A stretch of 64,000 bases of DNA from a virus (Duplodnaviria > Heunggongvirae > Uroviricota > Caudoviricetes): IMG/VR virus record IMGVR_UViG_3300045988_146577, one strand, 5' to 3'. Shown here piece by piece: positions 19,755-29,840 of the stretch; the first letter of the stretch is position 1; each line of letters starts with the position of its first letter. The position numbers and the translations under genes were made by a program. The notes beneath the pieces were generated by a model. It was not told where the DNA came from. It saw only the letters and a program-made list of their open reading frames with translations, and ran no database searches.

Positions 19755-20090
19755 TTAAGCCTCAAATACTTGTCTGAATGTAGCAGTTAAGACACAGTAC
19801 CCCTGATATCGCTTGACCGTATGACTGTCACATACAACTACAATCCGTTTTCCTCTTGGATTAACCCAATAGAACGACTCAACGCCTGCTCGCTCAGTCA
19901 GGAAGTCATCGATTGCATTAATTTCGTTGTATGATCTGGTAAAGGTTAACGACCATTCTTCTTTAATACGATTAAGACCTTGAGCCTGTCGCTGCTCGTA
20001 GTCATCACCAAAATTAAGTATCGTTACATTCGGTTTTACGCTTTTTTCAGATTCGTAATCTGGATACCAATTAAACGTTTGTCTTTCCAT
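19755..20090 (-). CDS. lambda gpM-like minor tail protein
   Basis: 111 aa ORF between tape measure and L; position and size. Confidence 0.65.
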   Translation of the reverse strand: MERQTFNWYPDYESEKSVKPNVTILNFGDDYEQRQAQGLNRIKEEWSLTFTRSYNEINAIDDFLTERAGVESFYWVNPRGKRIVVVCDSHTVKRYQGYCVLTATFRQVFEA

Positions 20091-20132
20091 CTCACATCCT
20101 TGTGAGACTGCCCCGGTCGGGGCAGTCGATAG

Positions 20133-23100
20133 TTAGTTACGTTGAGTGTTTGGGTTGAGTGATCCGCCAGGGCGTTTCTCTTGAGCGATAGTCTCAAGCG
20201 CGATTGCTTTCATCCGTTGAGCGGCATTGTTCCATATGCTTTCTGTATCGCCGGATTCAGTTGCGCTACCGTCACTATGGACGTTGATCTCAATTGATAC
20301 CGGAGAAAGAACATTTCCTCCTCCACTCATGCCATCGGTACTGAGCGTTACAGGGATTGTTCGACCATCAGGCAATGGAACATACGCCTCATTCATATCG
20401 CCTTCCCCAAACAACGCCAATTGAGGTGAGTTGGCGATACCGCCTTTCTGGTATGCCCGGAGCGGGATCACGCCGTCTTTTCCGAATATGCCACCATTTG
20501 CAAACTTCGGAATTGCAGGAATACCATTCGTGCCATCGGCAGCAGAACTGGTCAGATTGTTGAACCCGGAAGTTGAACCAGAAGAACCGGACATCAATCC
20601 ATCGAATCCACCACTAGCCCATACTGAAACCAAACCAGATGCAACTGTCGCGCCGAAATTCAACCACTTATTACCAGAGCCGGAAGCATTAGCTCCAAGC
20701 ATTGCAAACGCGGCAGACAGCGCGCCGGTAACAGAACTGAGGTTCTGCATCGAGAAGATGGAGTCCTTCACGGCTTTTGTCTCGGCATCTTTGGCTTCAG
20801 TGCTATCAAATAGCCCTGATACCCAGCTACCAATCGCATTTGTTGCAGTGCCAATTGCGCTGGTGGTCTGCTGTGTTGTTTGCCCCAATCCAGTTACCGA
20901 ACTGGACGTCTCCTTCGTGGCTTCTCCTACCGACTTGTCGCCATTAACAGTGTTGCTTATGCGCACACCTTGATTGGCAACTGCGGAAGCAACCCCGGTG
21001 AGCAAATTACCACTCTGTGAACTACCAGCTGCGGTGGCTCCCATCCCCAACATGTTCATTAGAGGCAGCGTGATTTGCGACTTCACGACCATATTGGTGA
21101 TATCTTTCAAAATGGACTGAGACAGGCTGGAGAAGCTCATCTTCCCGTTAATAACGAAATCAGTCAGGACATCAGTTAAGCCACTAAACAAATCAGTCCA
21201 GGTGCTTTCGATCTGCTCTGCCAGGTTTTCGTATTCCAGTGCCAACTTCTGCGTCGCAGTCCCCGTCTCTTTAATAAGCGCGGTATTGCCAGCAGCAATC
21301 AGTTGATTGATTTTCTTTGTATAAAGCGCCACAACTTTAGGATCAGACGCCTTATCACGAAGTTCTATCAACGCTTTGAGATTGCGGTTGTAGGTGTCTT
21401 CGAAATCAGCAACTTTATCTTCGCGAGACGGCGTATAGCCAGCACTAATAATGGAATCCGCCTTCGGTGCCCAAGTGGAGATCATCTGCTCAACATTGCG
21501 GCGATTAAACATCTCGCGATATTCAGGTGTCGCATTTTTGAGGTCTTCAAGACGTTTTTTCGCCTTGTCGATCATCTCTTGAGTGATGAACTCGTTAGGA
21601 ACCGCATTAGCCAAATCTGTCAGCGATTTCGTTGTATCGCGAAGAGACTGATCAAACGATACCGTAGCCTTAGAGCTTTCACCCATTTGCCCCATAAGCT
21701 GATCGGCTTTATCCAGAGCCTTCTGGTATCCGGCTGCCAGTTTCTGTTGCGCTGCCTGTTCCTTCTTGGCCGCACGCTGCGAGGCGTTAGCTGATCGTTG
21801 GGCTGCTTTCTCGGCAGCTGCTGCATCCTGTTCACGAGCTTTAGTCAGTGCAGCAATGGCTGCGGCACGCTCTTCATCGCTCATTTTCTCCAGAGAGCTG
21901 GCACTGGATGCTTTCTGCAAATTAAGCTGCGTCTTGAGTTGTTTAGGCCCAATAATCGGCTTACCTTCGAAGTCCATCATCGGAGTGCCGTCAGGCAGAG
22001 TACGCTGATAAGTCGCAGAATCCATCTGGTTTCGCATATATTGCGCCAGCGCCTTCTGAGCTGCTTTATCAGTTGTACCTAACCCCAGAACATCTCCATT
22101 GATTGACACTAAGCCATTACCACTTTTGGCCGCGTTATCCCTCTTAAACTCTGCCTGAGTCAGTTCCTGAGCGACGACTTCCAAATTCTCCTGATAACCA
22201 CGAATACTGCCTTGCAGTTTCTTGATCTGCTCGGTGTTTCCTTCCCTTTTCGCTTTTTCAAGCTGATCATTAAGAGTGGCTATTTGCCCCTCGACAGCAT
22301 TCTTACGAGAAGAAAGTGAATCAACCAATTCTTGCGCTGGTTTCAGATAGCTTTTGTTTACCGTTTCACGTAACGGTGCCAATAGCTTGTTCTTTTCGTC
22401 ATCTGAAAGTGAACCGTCATCCTTGATTTTCTGAATCTTCTCCAGAGCCTCCTGACGAGATTTAACGAATGTTGCCGCAAAGTCTCTATTCTCTTCGAGT
22501 ATTTTCTCTATCTGTGATTCTGCCGCATCTTTTGCAAGACGTTTTGCAACAGCTGTGTCTCCACGTTCAATAGCCCCAGTAGTTTTATCGAGTTCCTTAC
22601 GAAGATCATTTAACCCAGTTTCTATTCGCTTCCGTTCATCCTGATCAATCTTTACTGTGGTTCCAGCCATACCCGGCCCATAAACCACCTTTTCGCCAGA
22701 TTTTAACTGTTGTTCCTTTTGCGTGATTTGTTGCTCGAGACGCGCTTTATACTCCGCCATCTGTGCACGTTTGGCCGCCGTCATCGCTTCTGGTATTTTC
22801 CTAATCTCGTCAACGACCTTTGAAGTTTCGCTACGAAGCATGGTCATATACGTGATTAAGCCAGCAACAGCGGTCATTGCAGCAGTGAAAACAAAACCTA
22901 TCGGATTCGCCGCAATAAACGCAGTCAAGCCAGCAAAAGCGCCTTTAAGCCCCGTAATCGCCCCACGGATGGCGAAAATAAGAGAGGGGATCGGAGCCAG
23001 CCCCATACGTGCCGCACGATTGAATCGGGTTACTGCTGTAGCGCCGAGGTTAAATGGAGTCTGTATGGCGGTCGCCATCGTGGCAAAGGTGCTAACCATC

Positions 23101-24731
23101 TGGCTGCCTGCGCCAACTACCCCCATGATCCCTGCTCGCATCAGTTTGAACGCAACCATCGCGGCCACGACCTTACCGAGATTAATTACCAGCTCTTGGT
23201 TCTTTGCTAACCATTGAGCAAGCTGACGCAACCCATCGATTGCCGTTGTTAACCCCGAACCTAAAGAATTGGCAAACGAAATCCCTTCGGCGCTATTCAT
23301 GATTGAAGCCAGTTCTTTCATCCCCTTCGATAGAGAATCCAGATATCCGGCCTGACCAACCCGATCAGCAAATAACGAGAATGACGTCTGAAGTTGCGCC
23401 AGCGCACCTGTGTAGGTTTGCATCATGTCTTTCGCTGCGTTCTCATTCTCCGCACGCAGACCAACAAACATCAGAGACAACGCCTGTTTTGCCTCAACCA
23501 TACCGCTGGCAACGGCTTTAGTCAGTTCCCCCATAGTGATGCCTGCGGCGTCTGCCATTGCCTGCATCGCGTTAGGAACGGCTTCACCTAATTGCTGACG
23601 TAGCTCTTCCATTGACACAACGCCCTTACCGGACATCTGCTGAACGGCCACAGCCGCACGTTTCAACAGCTCACTATCACCACCAAAACGAGCAACGGAG
23701 TCCACCAGCGCCTTCAGAGAACCATCGGTTGGATCTAAGCCAGCAGAACGAAACTTCACGAAGGAGTCTGTTAACGCCTGCATCGCGAACGGCGCATTTT
23801 GAGCCATGTCTACGATGTACTTCATATCATCAGCGGCAGCCTGGCCCGGGTTGGACTTCTCCTTATTCAACCCTCGAAGCATCACCCGCATACGTTCCAT
23901 TTCGGCCGCAGCTTCAACAATAGGCTTCTGCCACCCAAACATGATGTCAGTAACCGTTCTGGCTGCATCTCCGATCTCGCCAAGCAGGAAAATGTTGCCA
24001 CGAAGGCCAGAGAACATACCTCCTTCGTTACTTTTACCGCTATGGCCAGAAGCGCCGCTACGCCGCCCGCTACCACCATCGCCACTTCCAGATGTACGAA
24101 CGCGTACCGGCTTGCTAATCAGTTGCTGACGTCCGATAACTTCGTCCATCTGCTCACGAACCTTTTTCAGTCCCTCGGCAGCCTGACTCGTTGTGACACC
24201 CCAATTACTGAGTCGCTTCGTCGTGGTATTAAGGCGCGTATTCATGCCACTCACGGACGCAGAGGCTTCTTTGACCTCCGTACCAAAGCGGCTTGCGCTT
24301 TTGCTTGCATAGGTCGCCCAATCAGAGAAATCATTTAGCTCTGATTGCACTTTACGTAATGACGCGGTGAGTTTATCTACTGAAGAAGTTGTCGTATCGA
24401 CGCGCTCAATCAGGGCTTTAAGACCAGAATTGAGGCTGGTGATGTTGCCACGCATTTTACGCGTAGCATCTGAAGCAAGCTCAAAACCGGCAGCTACATC
24501 CTGTAGTTTATCTGCCGTAGAATCGAGCTTGCTTTCCAGAACGCCAATGATACGGGCGACCGAACCCAAAGAGCGTTCAAAGGTTTGGATTTTTTGAGCA
24601 GGCTTTGTTACCTGCTCACCAAATCGAGTAAGCAGTTTCCCCGCACGATCGATTGACGCTGTAAACTGTTTGTCTTCCAGCGACAGGATAAACTCTACGT
24701 TTTGTGACATTCCCTTGTCATCCTCTGCCAA
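20133..24731 (-). CDS. tail tape measure protein
   Basis: 1532 aa, coiled-coil-rich, Gly/Ala-rich hydrophobic segments; between G/GT and M. Confidence 0.85.
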   Translation of the reverse strand: MAEDDKGMSQNVEFILSLEDKQFTASIDRAGKLLTRFGEQVTKPAQKIQTFERSLGSVARIIGVLESKLDSTADKLQDVAAGFELASDATRKMRGNITSLNSGLKALIERVDTTTSSVDKLTASLRKVQSELNDFSDWATYASKSASRFGTEVKEASASVSGMNTRLNTTTKRLSNWGVTTSQAAEGLKKVREQMDEVIGRQQLISKPVRVRTSGSGDGGSGRRSGASGHSGKSNEGGMFSGLRGNIFLLGEIGDAARTVTDIMFGWQKPIVEAAAEMERMRVMLRGLNKEKSNPGQAAADDMKYIVDMAQNAPFAMQALTDSFVKFRSAGLDPTDGSLKALVDSVARFGGDSELLKRAAVAVQQMSGKGVVSMEELRQQLGEAVPNAMQAMADAAGITMGELTKAVASGMVEAKQALSLMFVGLRAENENAAKDMMQTYTGALAQLQTSFSLFADRVGQAGYLDSLSKGMKELASIMNSAEGISFANSLGSGLTTAIDGLRQLAQWLAKNQELVINLGKVVAAMVAFKLMRAGIMGVVGAGSQMVSTFATMATAIQTPFNLGATAVTRFNRAARMGLAPIPSLIFAIRGAITGLKGAFAGLTAFIAANPIGFVFTAAMTAVAGLITYMTMLRSETSKVVDEIRKIPEAMTAAKRAQMAEYKARLEQQITQKEQQLKSGEKVVYGPGMAGTTVKIDQDERKRIETGLNDLRKELDKTTGAIERGDTAVAKRLAKDAAESQIEKILEENRDFAATFVKSRQEALEKIQKIKDDGSLSDDEKNKLLAPLRETVNKSYLKPAQELVDSLSSRKNAVEGQIATLNDQLEKAKREGNTEQIKKLQGSIRGYQENLEVVAQELTQAEFKRDNAAKSGNGLVSINGDVLGLGTTDKAAQKALAQYMRNQMDSATYQRTLPDGTPMMDFEGKPIIGPKQLKTQLNLQKASSASSLEKMSDEERAAAIAALTKAREQDAAAAEKAAQRSANASQRAAKKEQAAQQKLAAGYQKALDKADQLMGQMGESSKATVSFDQSLRDTTKSLTDLANAVPNEFITQEMIDKAKKRLEDLKNATPEYREMFNRRNVEQMISTWAPKADSIISAGYTPSREDKVADFEDTYNRNLKALIELRDKASDPKVVALYTKKINQLIAAGNTALIKETGTATQKLALEYENLAEQIESTWTDLFSGLTDVLTDFVINGKMSFSSLSQSILKDITNMVVKSQITLPLMNMLGMGATAAGSSQSGNLLTGVASAVANQGVRISNTVNGDKSVGEATKETSSSVTGLGQTTQQTTSAIGTATNAIGSWVSGLFDSTEAKDAETKAVKDSIFSMQNLSSVTGALSAAFAMLGANASGSGNKWLNFGATVASGLVSVWASGGFDGLMSGSSGSTSGFNNLTSSAADGTNGIPAIPKFANGGIFGKDGVIPLRAYQKGGIANSPQLALFGEGDMNEAYVPLPDGRTIPVTLSTDGMSGGGNVLSPVSIEINVHSDGSATESGDTESIWNNAAQRMKAIALETIAQEKRPGGSLNPNTQRN

Positions 24732-24987
24732 ATATTTGCATCAGTTGCTCTTTGGCGTCAGGGTCTGCCTTATCCTGGCTTGGATCGTAGACTTTATCTG
24801 TTACGACTGGTCTTCCAATCCTGAGTTGCAAACCCTCCATGAACGCCTTCACAGCCTCGCCATCCGCCTGGGACGCACGAGCGACTTGTAAGTTGCGGAC
24901 ATCCTCTTCCGCACGCAGACGGTCTATATTGCGACTGAGCATCCAGAACATCGTGAGAGGAACGTTCAGTAGCTCTAATGGCGACAC
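24718..24987 (-). CDS. T-domain of tail assembly chaperone, probably expressed as G-T fusion by programmed -1 frameshift
   Basis: Frame is -1 relative to the G ORF and stays open upstream into the last ~12 codons of G; lambda G/GT analogy. Confidence 0.5.
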   Translation of the reverse strand: MSPLELLNVPLTMFWMLSRNIDRLRAEEDVRNLQVARASQADGEAVKAFMEGLQLRIGRPVVTDKVYDPSQDKADPDAKEQLMQIFGRG

Positions 24988-25067
24988 GGCGTAGTGAGCA
25001 ACTACACGACTGAAATAGAATCCGAGATCTATTGAGACGGTCCTTGTCCCGGATTCATCGCGGGAAA

Positions 25068-25385
25068 TTACTTTGCCCCTTCGCCAGCCGCTTTTTCGTT
25101 TTCTTCATCAATCACTTCCATAGCGAAGGTGAAGATCTGCTGGAGTTGCGGAACAGTCAGTTTTTCAAGAACTTCGTCAGGTACTGAAGGGATAACCTTA
25201 CGAACCAGATCTGCATAAGCTGTCACTTGCTCAACAGGAGACATGTTCATGAGATCTTTGCCTTCCATCTGCTTGATGGAAACGAACAGACCTACCGTCA
25301 TTTCAACGATGGGATATTCCTGACCGCCAAATTTGATGCTTTTCTTCGGAGGCAGAATGGAATCGAGATCGAGTAATTTGGTCAT
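25068..25385 (-). CDS. lambda gpG-like tail assembly chaperone
   Basis: 105 aa acidic protein directly upstream of tape measure; overlapping -1 frame ORF downstream. Confidence 0.6.
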   Translation of the reverse strand: MTKLLDLDSILPPKKSIKFGGQEYPIVEMTVGLFVSIKQMEGKDLMNMSPVEQVTAYADLVRKVIPSVPDEVLEKLTVPQLQQIFTFAMEVIDEENEKAAGEGAK

Positions 25386-25440
25386 TGGTTAAAATCCTTT
25401 TAAAAGAGAGGCCCATCCTGAGCCTCTGCTTAATTACTGA

Positions 25441-26187
25441 TTAATCTGCGGGGTTAATCGTTACTGACTTAGTTGCCTTCTTACCACCGCTATTGCTGGT
25501 GAAGGAAATATTTGTAGAACCCTGCGCCACACCACGTACCAGACCCGTTTGATCTACCGTGGCCTTTTCCTGGTCTTCGGATTCCCAAACACCGGTTTTG
25601 TCTGCGGCATCAGCTGGAGTGATTTCGGCTGTCAGTTGCACAGTTTCTCCAGCTTTTACGGTTGGAGATTCCGGTGAGATCGACACAGTTTTTACCGGTT
25701 TAGGACCGCTCATTTTGCCCAGAACGCCTTCATCATCCGGGTATGCGCTGAACTGAACAGAGAACACACGAACATCATCAGACTGGTAGGTCATAGTGAA
25801 GTTGCCCGCGGTTGCCGCTTTCGGGATGGTCAACACATAGTCGGTGGTGTCCTGCGGAGTCAGAACCAGCTCCTTCGCCACATCAATCAGGTTAACGCCC
25901 TGTGCAGATGTGATCGTGACAGAGTTGTCATCTTCGCTCAGAGTAGAACCAGGCATCAGGTCAACCATGTTTTGGAGTACAGACTCAGCCAGAGGCGCGG
26001 TGATGGTAATGTTGCGCCCCTGAACTAATTCGGAAATTACGGTCTGCCCCAACTGATCGACGGTGACTTTCAGCGTTTCAGTGGCTACTTCAACCTGAAC
26101 ACCACCTTTGGTGTAACCCAAATCCACACCACCAAACGACACCTTACAGGCACCAAGTTTGATGTTTTTTACATGGGTATTAGACAT
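25441..26187 (-). CDS. major tail protein with C-terminal Ig-like (Big_2) domain
   Basis: Big_2-like C-terminus (VSISPESPTVKAGETVQLTAEI...); AAGGAG RBS before ATG at 26187 (ORF track 26223). Confidence 0.75.
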   Translation of the reverse strand: MSNTHVKNIKLGACKVSFGGVDLGYTKGGVQVEVATETLKVTVDQLGQTVISELVQGRNITITAPLAESVLQNMVDLMPGSTLSEDDNSVTITSAQGVNLIDVAKELVLTPQDTTDYVLTIPKAATAGNFTMTYQSDDVRVFSVQFSAYPDDEGVLGKMSGPKPVKTVSISPESPTVKAGETVQLTAEITPADAADKTGVWESEDQEKATVDQTGLVRGVAQGSTNISFTSNSGGKKATKSVTINPAD

Positions 26188-26235
26188 TGATGGAAAACTC
26201 CTTTTTCCGTTAATTCTACGCATTCATTGCGCTAA

Positions 26236-26255
26236 TAGTAAGTATATACTTACTA
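26236..26255 (-). promoter_or_regulatory. class-2 palindrome (perfect) upstream of major tail gene
   Basis: TAGTAAGTA-TA-TACTTACTA perfect dyad. Confidence 0.5.
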
Positions 26256-26261
26256 ATTGAG

Positions 26262-26618
26262 TTAATTCAATAAATAGCCAGCAAATTCAACAGGAATGCC
26301 TGCTTCTATTAATGCCCCATCATTTTTGGGATAAATGATTGGCATCGCCATCGGTCGTACAAGTCGAAAATAAACACCACCAGATTCCGTTTCCTCTACT
26401 GGAAACATCTCAATGATTTTATTGGCTTTCTCAACCGTCGTAGTAATTGACGAACCACGCACAATGATTGTGAATGATTCGAGATAAAAGCCCTGTAGCT
26501 CATGATCGATGCTGATACCGGTATTTGGGTTAATAAGCAGGACGCCAGATTTCACATTGGCAGGCAAGTAGTGACAGAAAATGTCAGTCCCGACCGTGCC
26601 AATCTTTGCCTTCTGCAT
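26262..26618 (-). CDS. putative tail terminator / tail completion protein (position-based)
   Basis: Small ORF directly upstream of major tail gene; start chosen at internal Met to avoid a 120-nt overlap (track 26262..26768). Confidence 0.35.
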   Translation of the reverse strand: MQKAKIGTVGTDIFCHYLPANVKSGVLLINPNTGISIDHELQGFYLESFTIIVRGSSITTTVEKANKIIEMFPVEETESGGVYFRLVRPMAMPIIYPKNDGALIEAGIPVEFAGYLLN

Positions 26619-26646
26619 CAAACTTGCAAACGCTTCAATAAACACA

Positions 26647-27120
26647 TTAACCTCTCGTAAATCCGGCTTTTCTGGCAGCCTCAAGAATCGCTTCTGAGAA
26701 CTGCTTCTCGCTAATTTCCACCGCTCTTTCCAGAAAGTGTGGCCCAACACGGGGTTTAACACCGGCAATTGGTGGGTTTGTCACGTTCTTCATTCGAGAA
26801 AGATAACCGAGTCGGTATTTACCCAGCTCCATGTACTTAGCATAGTCACCTACTTCTACGCCCGGATGCCCCTGACGTGGTTTTGCTCCAGACACAGAAA
26901 GCTCAATACGCAGCCCTGAATAACCTTCTTTAATCACCCTGGCAAAGATGGCTGTCTCCAGAGATCCGGTTTCCAGCGGGGCCATTGCACGGCTGAGACG
27001 CTCAACCAAACGCGCCAGCTTTTCCATGTCCCGAATAAGATATCGCTTAAATGCTTTCTGGCTGTTGTTGAGTCGATTCCCCGCACGTTTGAACTGATGC
27101 GCATCGTATTTCAGACCCAT
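26647..27120 (-). CDS. putative tail completion protein (HK97 gp10-like by position/size)
   Basis: 157 aa in the neck/tail-completion position. Confidence 0.4.
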   Translation of the reverse strand: MGLKYDAHQFKRAGNRLNNSQKAFKRYLIRDMEKLARLVERLSRAMAPLETGSLETAIFARVIKEGYSGLRIELSVSGAKPRQGHPGVEVGDYAKYMELGKYRLGYLSRMKNVTNPPIAGVKPRVGPHFLERAVEISEKQFSEAILEAARKAGFTRG

Positions 27121-27551
27121 ATATTCGCCCCTACTTCAAGATGCCCAGGTCTTCCTCGTAGCCCCCAGCGGCGATGAACACTGGACACCTTTAATTTTTG
27201 ACCTTCAAGGATCAGTACATCATCAAGTTGTACAGCCGCTTCCAAAGGGACAACTAACACAGCATCAAACAGCTCCAGACTCGCCTTACCACGACTACCA
27301 GAGCTATCAGCACGAACTGACGATTTCTCATTACTCTGTTCGAACTTAACCACGCCGACATTCGTCTTCCTGACGAATTGTAATTGCGCCTCACCGTAAA
27401 CGTTCTTTGCGCCAAAGCGGTAGATCGCAATTTCTGTTTGCCATGAAATATTCATGCTCTCTCCCTGTTGTTGTCGGTCGCTCTCATTACTGGCCAAAAA
27501 CCCTTTAGACCAAAAGTAAATAATGCGACTGGCGTTACGCACGGCGAACAA
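27111..27551 (-). CDS. putative head-tail connector/adaptor protein
   Basis: Position between head and tail genes; real start may be internal Met (MNISWQT). Confidence 0.35.
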   Translation of the reverse strand: MFAVRNASRIIYFWSKGFLASNESDRQQQGESMNISWQTEIAIYRFGAKNVYGEAQLQFVRKTNVGVVKFEQSNEKSSVRADSSGSRGKASLELFDAVLVVPLEAAVQLDDVLILEGQKLKVSSVHRRWGLRGRPGHLEVGANIWV

Positions 27552-28368
27552 TCATACGGTTGTTGATGTAACTGACCAGCAAGCGCCAGGTACTACGAGC
27601 CACATGCACGTTTGCAGCTTTACCGGTACGGTACATATTGGTTGTTTCACCGATGGACTCTGACAAAATGCCATCCTCTCGTGCTGCGGCTACATCATTG
27701 CCATTTGCGATCTCACACGCTTCGTTGACAACGGCAAGCATCAACGCTTCTTTGAAGTAGTCAGGGAACTCTTCAAACTTCTCCTGCGTCATCTTTTCCC
27801 AATCGACTAAATCATGCCGGTACGCTCCATCTGCTCCCCACGGAATGTCATACACATTCAGCATATTTTGAGGGCGATCGTATCGGTCAAAGTCGATACG
27901 TAGAATTTTGCGGATTGAGAACGGTAAAGTTTTAATTCGTCTGGTAGCCTCAATGAGACGCTTGCGCATTAAGCCTTCACCATCCGACAGCAAAGTGTCC
28001 CCATTCAGCATATCGATCGCCTGCATTTGAGCATCAGCGACAGTTGCAAACGACTGTTCTGGTATCGACAGTTCAAAACTATTCAGCAGAACATACATTT
28101 GCCGCTCTTCATGCGTCAGACCCGATGCAACAGCCTTCACAATGACGTACCGCAGATCGCGTTCTTTCTCAGAGAGCTGGTTATATTCAGCCGACACGAC
28201 AACCGGAATCGACATTTGACCGCTGGTAATTTCTAGCGGCTCGCCATCAACGAGAATAGCCCCGGTGCTGTCCTTTACTGTGTAGGTAGCAGATTCGATA
28301 TCCAGCACGTTGAAGGCAAATGAAAGGGAAACAGCTTCACCGCTACGATACGAGTCGATCTGCGCCAT
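27535..28368 (-). CDS. virion morphogenesis protein, unknown function
   Basis: 277 aa ORF in the head-completion region; no motif recognised. Confidence 0.35.
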   Translation of the reverse strand: MAQIDSYRSGEAVSLSFAFNVLDIESATYTVKDSTGAILVDGEPLEITSGQMSIPVVVSAEYNQLSEKERDLRYVIVKAVASGLTHEERQMYVLLNSFELSIPEQSFATVADAQMQAIDMLNGDTLLSDGEGLMRKRLIEATRRIKTLPFSIRKILRIDFDRYDRPQNMLNVYDIPWGADGAYRHDLVDWEKMTQEKFEEFPDYFKEALMLAVVNEACEIANGNDVAAAREDGILSESIGETTNMYRTGKAANVHVARSTWRLLVSYINNRMIVRRA

Positions 28369-28802
28369 TACTCACCGCCTTGTGCTTTCAGGATGCCTTC
28401 AATCATCTCGACAATTCCTTTCGCTTTGACACCAACCTGATTACCAATCACACGTAGACCGGCAATGCCTTCATTGTCTGCAATTGACTCCAACTCTTCT
28501 CGTGTGAAAGTCTGGATCTGTTTGGCCGGTTCATCTGGTGTCCCACGTTTCATTGGCACAATGTCAGGTGCTGCTGGCTCGGTAATCAGGTCTGCGGTCA
28601 ACTCGCCACGATCACTGTATGCGGCAGACGGAGAAACATTTTTGCCCTCGACTGTTGATGCTCGCATTGAGGCACAAATCCTTTGCTGATCGATAAAAGG
28701 CAACTCCGCTACGGACACCCCGTTCTCGAACTGAACGCCGCACAACATTCCCGAATAACCGGAAAATTGCGGTTCTAATAAAACAATTTTTGCTGGTTTC
28801 AT
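28368..28802 (-). CDS. virion morphogenesis protein, unknown function
   Basis: 144 aa ORF translationally coupled to the downstream gene. Confidence 0.35.
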   Translation of the reverse strand: MKPAKIVLLEPQFSGYSGMLCGVQFENGVSVAELPFIDQQRICASMRASTVEGKNVSPSAAYSDRGELTADLITEPAAPDIVPMKRGTPDEPAKQIQTFTREELESIADNEGIAGLRVIGNQVGVKAKGIVEMIEGILKAQGGE

Positions 28803-28846
28803 AACGCATTCTCTCTACATGGGCGGCTTTCGCCGCCCAATATTGA

Positions 28847-29767
28847 TTATTCCTGTGCAGCAGTGACTTCTACAGTTGCTGTCGCTTTGTGGCTACCATC
28901 TTGGGTAGTAACCTCGATTGTGGCAGTACCAGCCGCAACACCAGTTACAACACCGGTTTCGCTGTCAACCGTTGCAAACTCGGTATTTTTGGATTCCCAA
29001 GTAACGGTTTTATTTGTGGCTCCTGCCGGCTCGACATTTGCGGTCAGCTGAACAGTTTTGTTTGCCTCAACGGTTGTGCTATTTGGGTCGATTTCGACGG
29101 CGGTAACAGCCACAACAGGCGCAGTTACTTCCACCGTTGCAGTTGCCTTTTTGCTGCCATCTTGGGAAACGATCTCAATCGTCGCAGTGCCAACTTCTAC
29201 ACCAGTAACGTTCCCGCTCTGGTCTACCGTTGCCTTATCTTCATTTTTTGAAGACCAGGTAACAGCCTTATTCGTCGCATTTGACGGCTGAACATTCGCT
29301 TTCAGACTGACTGATTTCCCTTTCTCAACAGAGGTTGAGTCTGGCGTTACCGTTACGGATTGAACGGCTACCGGATTTACGGTGACTTCCACTGACGCGG
29401 AAAGCTGGGTTTCCTGATCAGTTGCAGTAATTTTTACTTTGCCTGGTGCTACACCAGTTACTAATCCAGTGCCGTTAACGGTTGCAATTTGATCATTCGC
29501 TGACTTCCAGGTGAATGAACTGGCACTCTTACCCATACTAATACCTGCACTAAGTTGAACAGTTTTCCCAACCAAAACTGACGGTGAAGCCGGGGTTATG
29601 TTTACGGATTGGGAGAGGGGAACCGCCTGCAAACAAGCAGATAGCTGACTTTGTTGCCGCTCGGTTAAAGGTTCATCGGAGATAGAATTGGTAAATCCGG
29701 CGCGGCACATATGCCCCGTAAAATCCGAAAATGCCTCTTCCGTAATCTTCATCTTTTGTTCTGGCAT
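28847..29767 (-). CDS. Ig-like (3x Big_2) capsid decoration / surface protein
   Basis: Three tandem Big_2-like domains (TV.P.S.TV..GKTVQL.A.V.P..ATNK.VTW.S); directly after capsid gene. Confidence 0.6.
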   Translation of the reverse strand: MPEQKMKITEEAFSDFTGHMCRAGFTNSISDEPLTERQQSQLSACLQAVPLSQSVNITPASPSVLVGKTVQLSAGISMGKSASSFTWKSANDQIATVNGTGLVTGVAPGKVKITATDQETQLSASVEVTVNPVAVQSVTVTPDSTSVEKGKSVSLKANVQPSNATNKAVTWSSKNEDKATVDQSGNVTGVEVGTATIEIVSQDGSKKATATVEVTAPVVAVTAVEIDPNSTTVEANKTVQLTANVEPAGATNKTVTWESKNTEFATVDSETGVVTGVAAGTATIEVTTQDGSHKATATVEVTAAQE

Positions 29768-29781
29768 TTCTTGCTCCTACA

Positions 29782-29810
29782 AAAAGGGTGGGCGTATAGC
29801 CCACCCTTTA
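29782..29810 (-). terminator. hairpin downstream of capsid gene
   Basis: AAAGGGTGGGC-gtata-GCCCACCCTTT. Confidence 0.55.
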
Positions 29811-29813
29811 ACA

Positions 29814-29832
29814 TAGATAACTACTTATCTAC
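29814..29832 (-). promoter_or_regulatory. class-2 palindrome between capsid and decoration genes
   Basis: ATAGATAACTACTTATCTA next to terminator hairpin 29782-29810. Confidence 0.45.
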
Positions 29833-29840
29833 TACACTGA

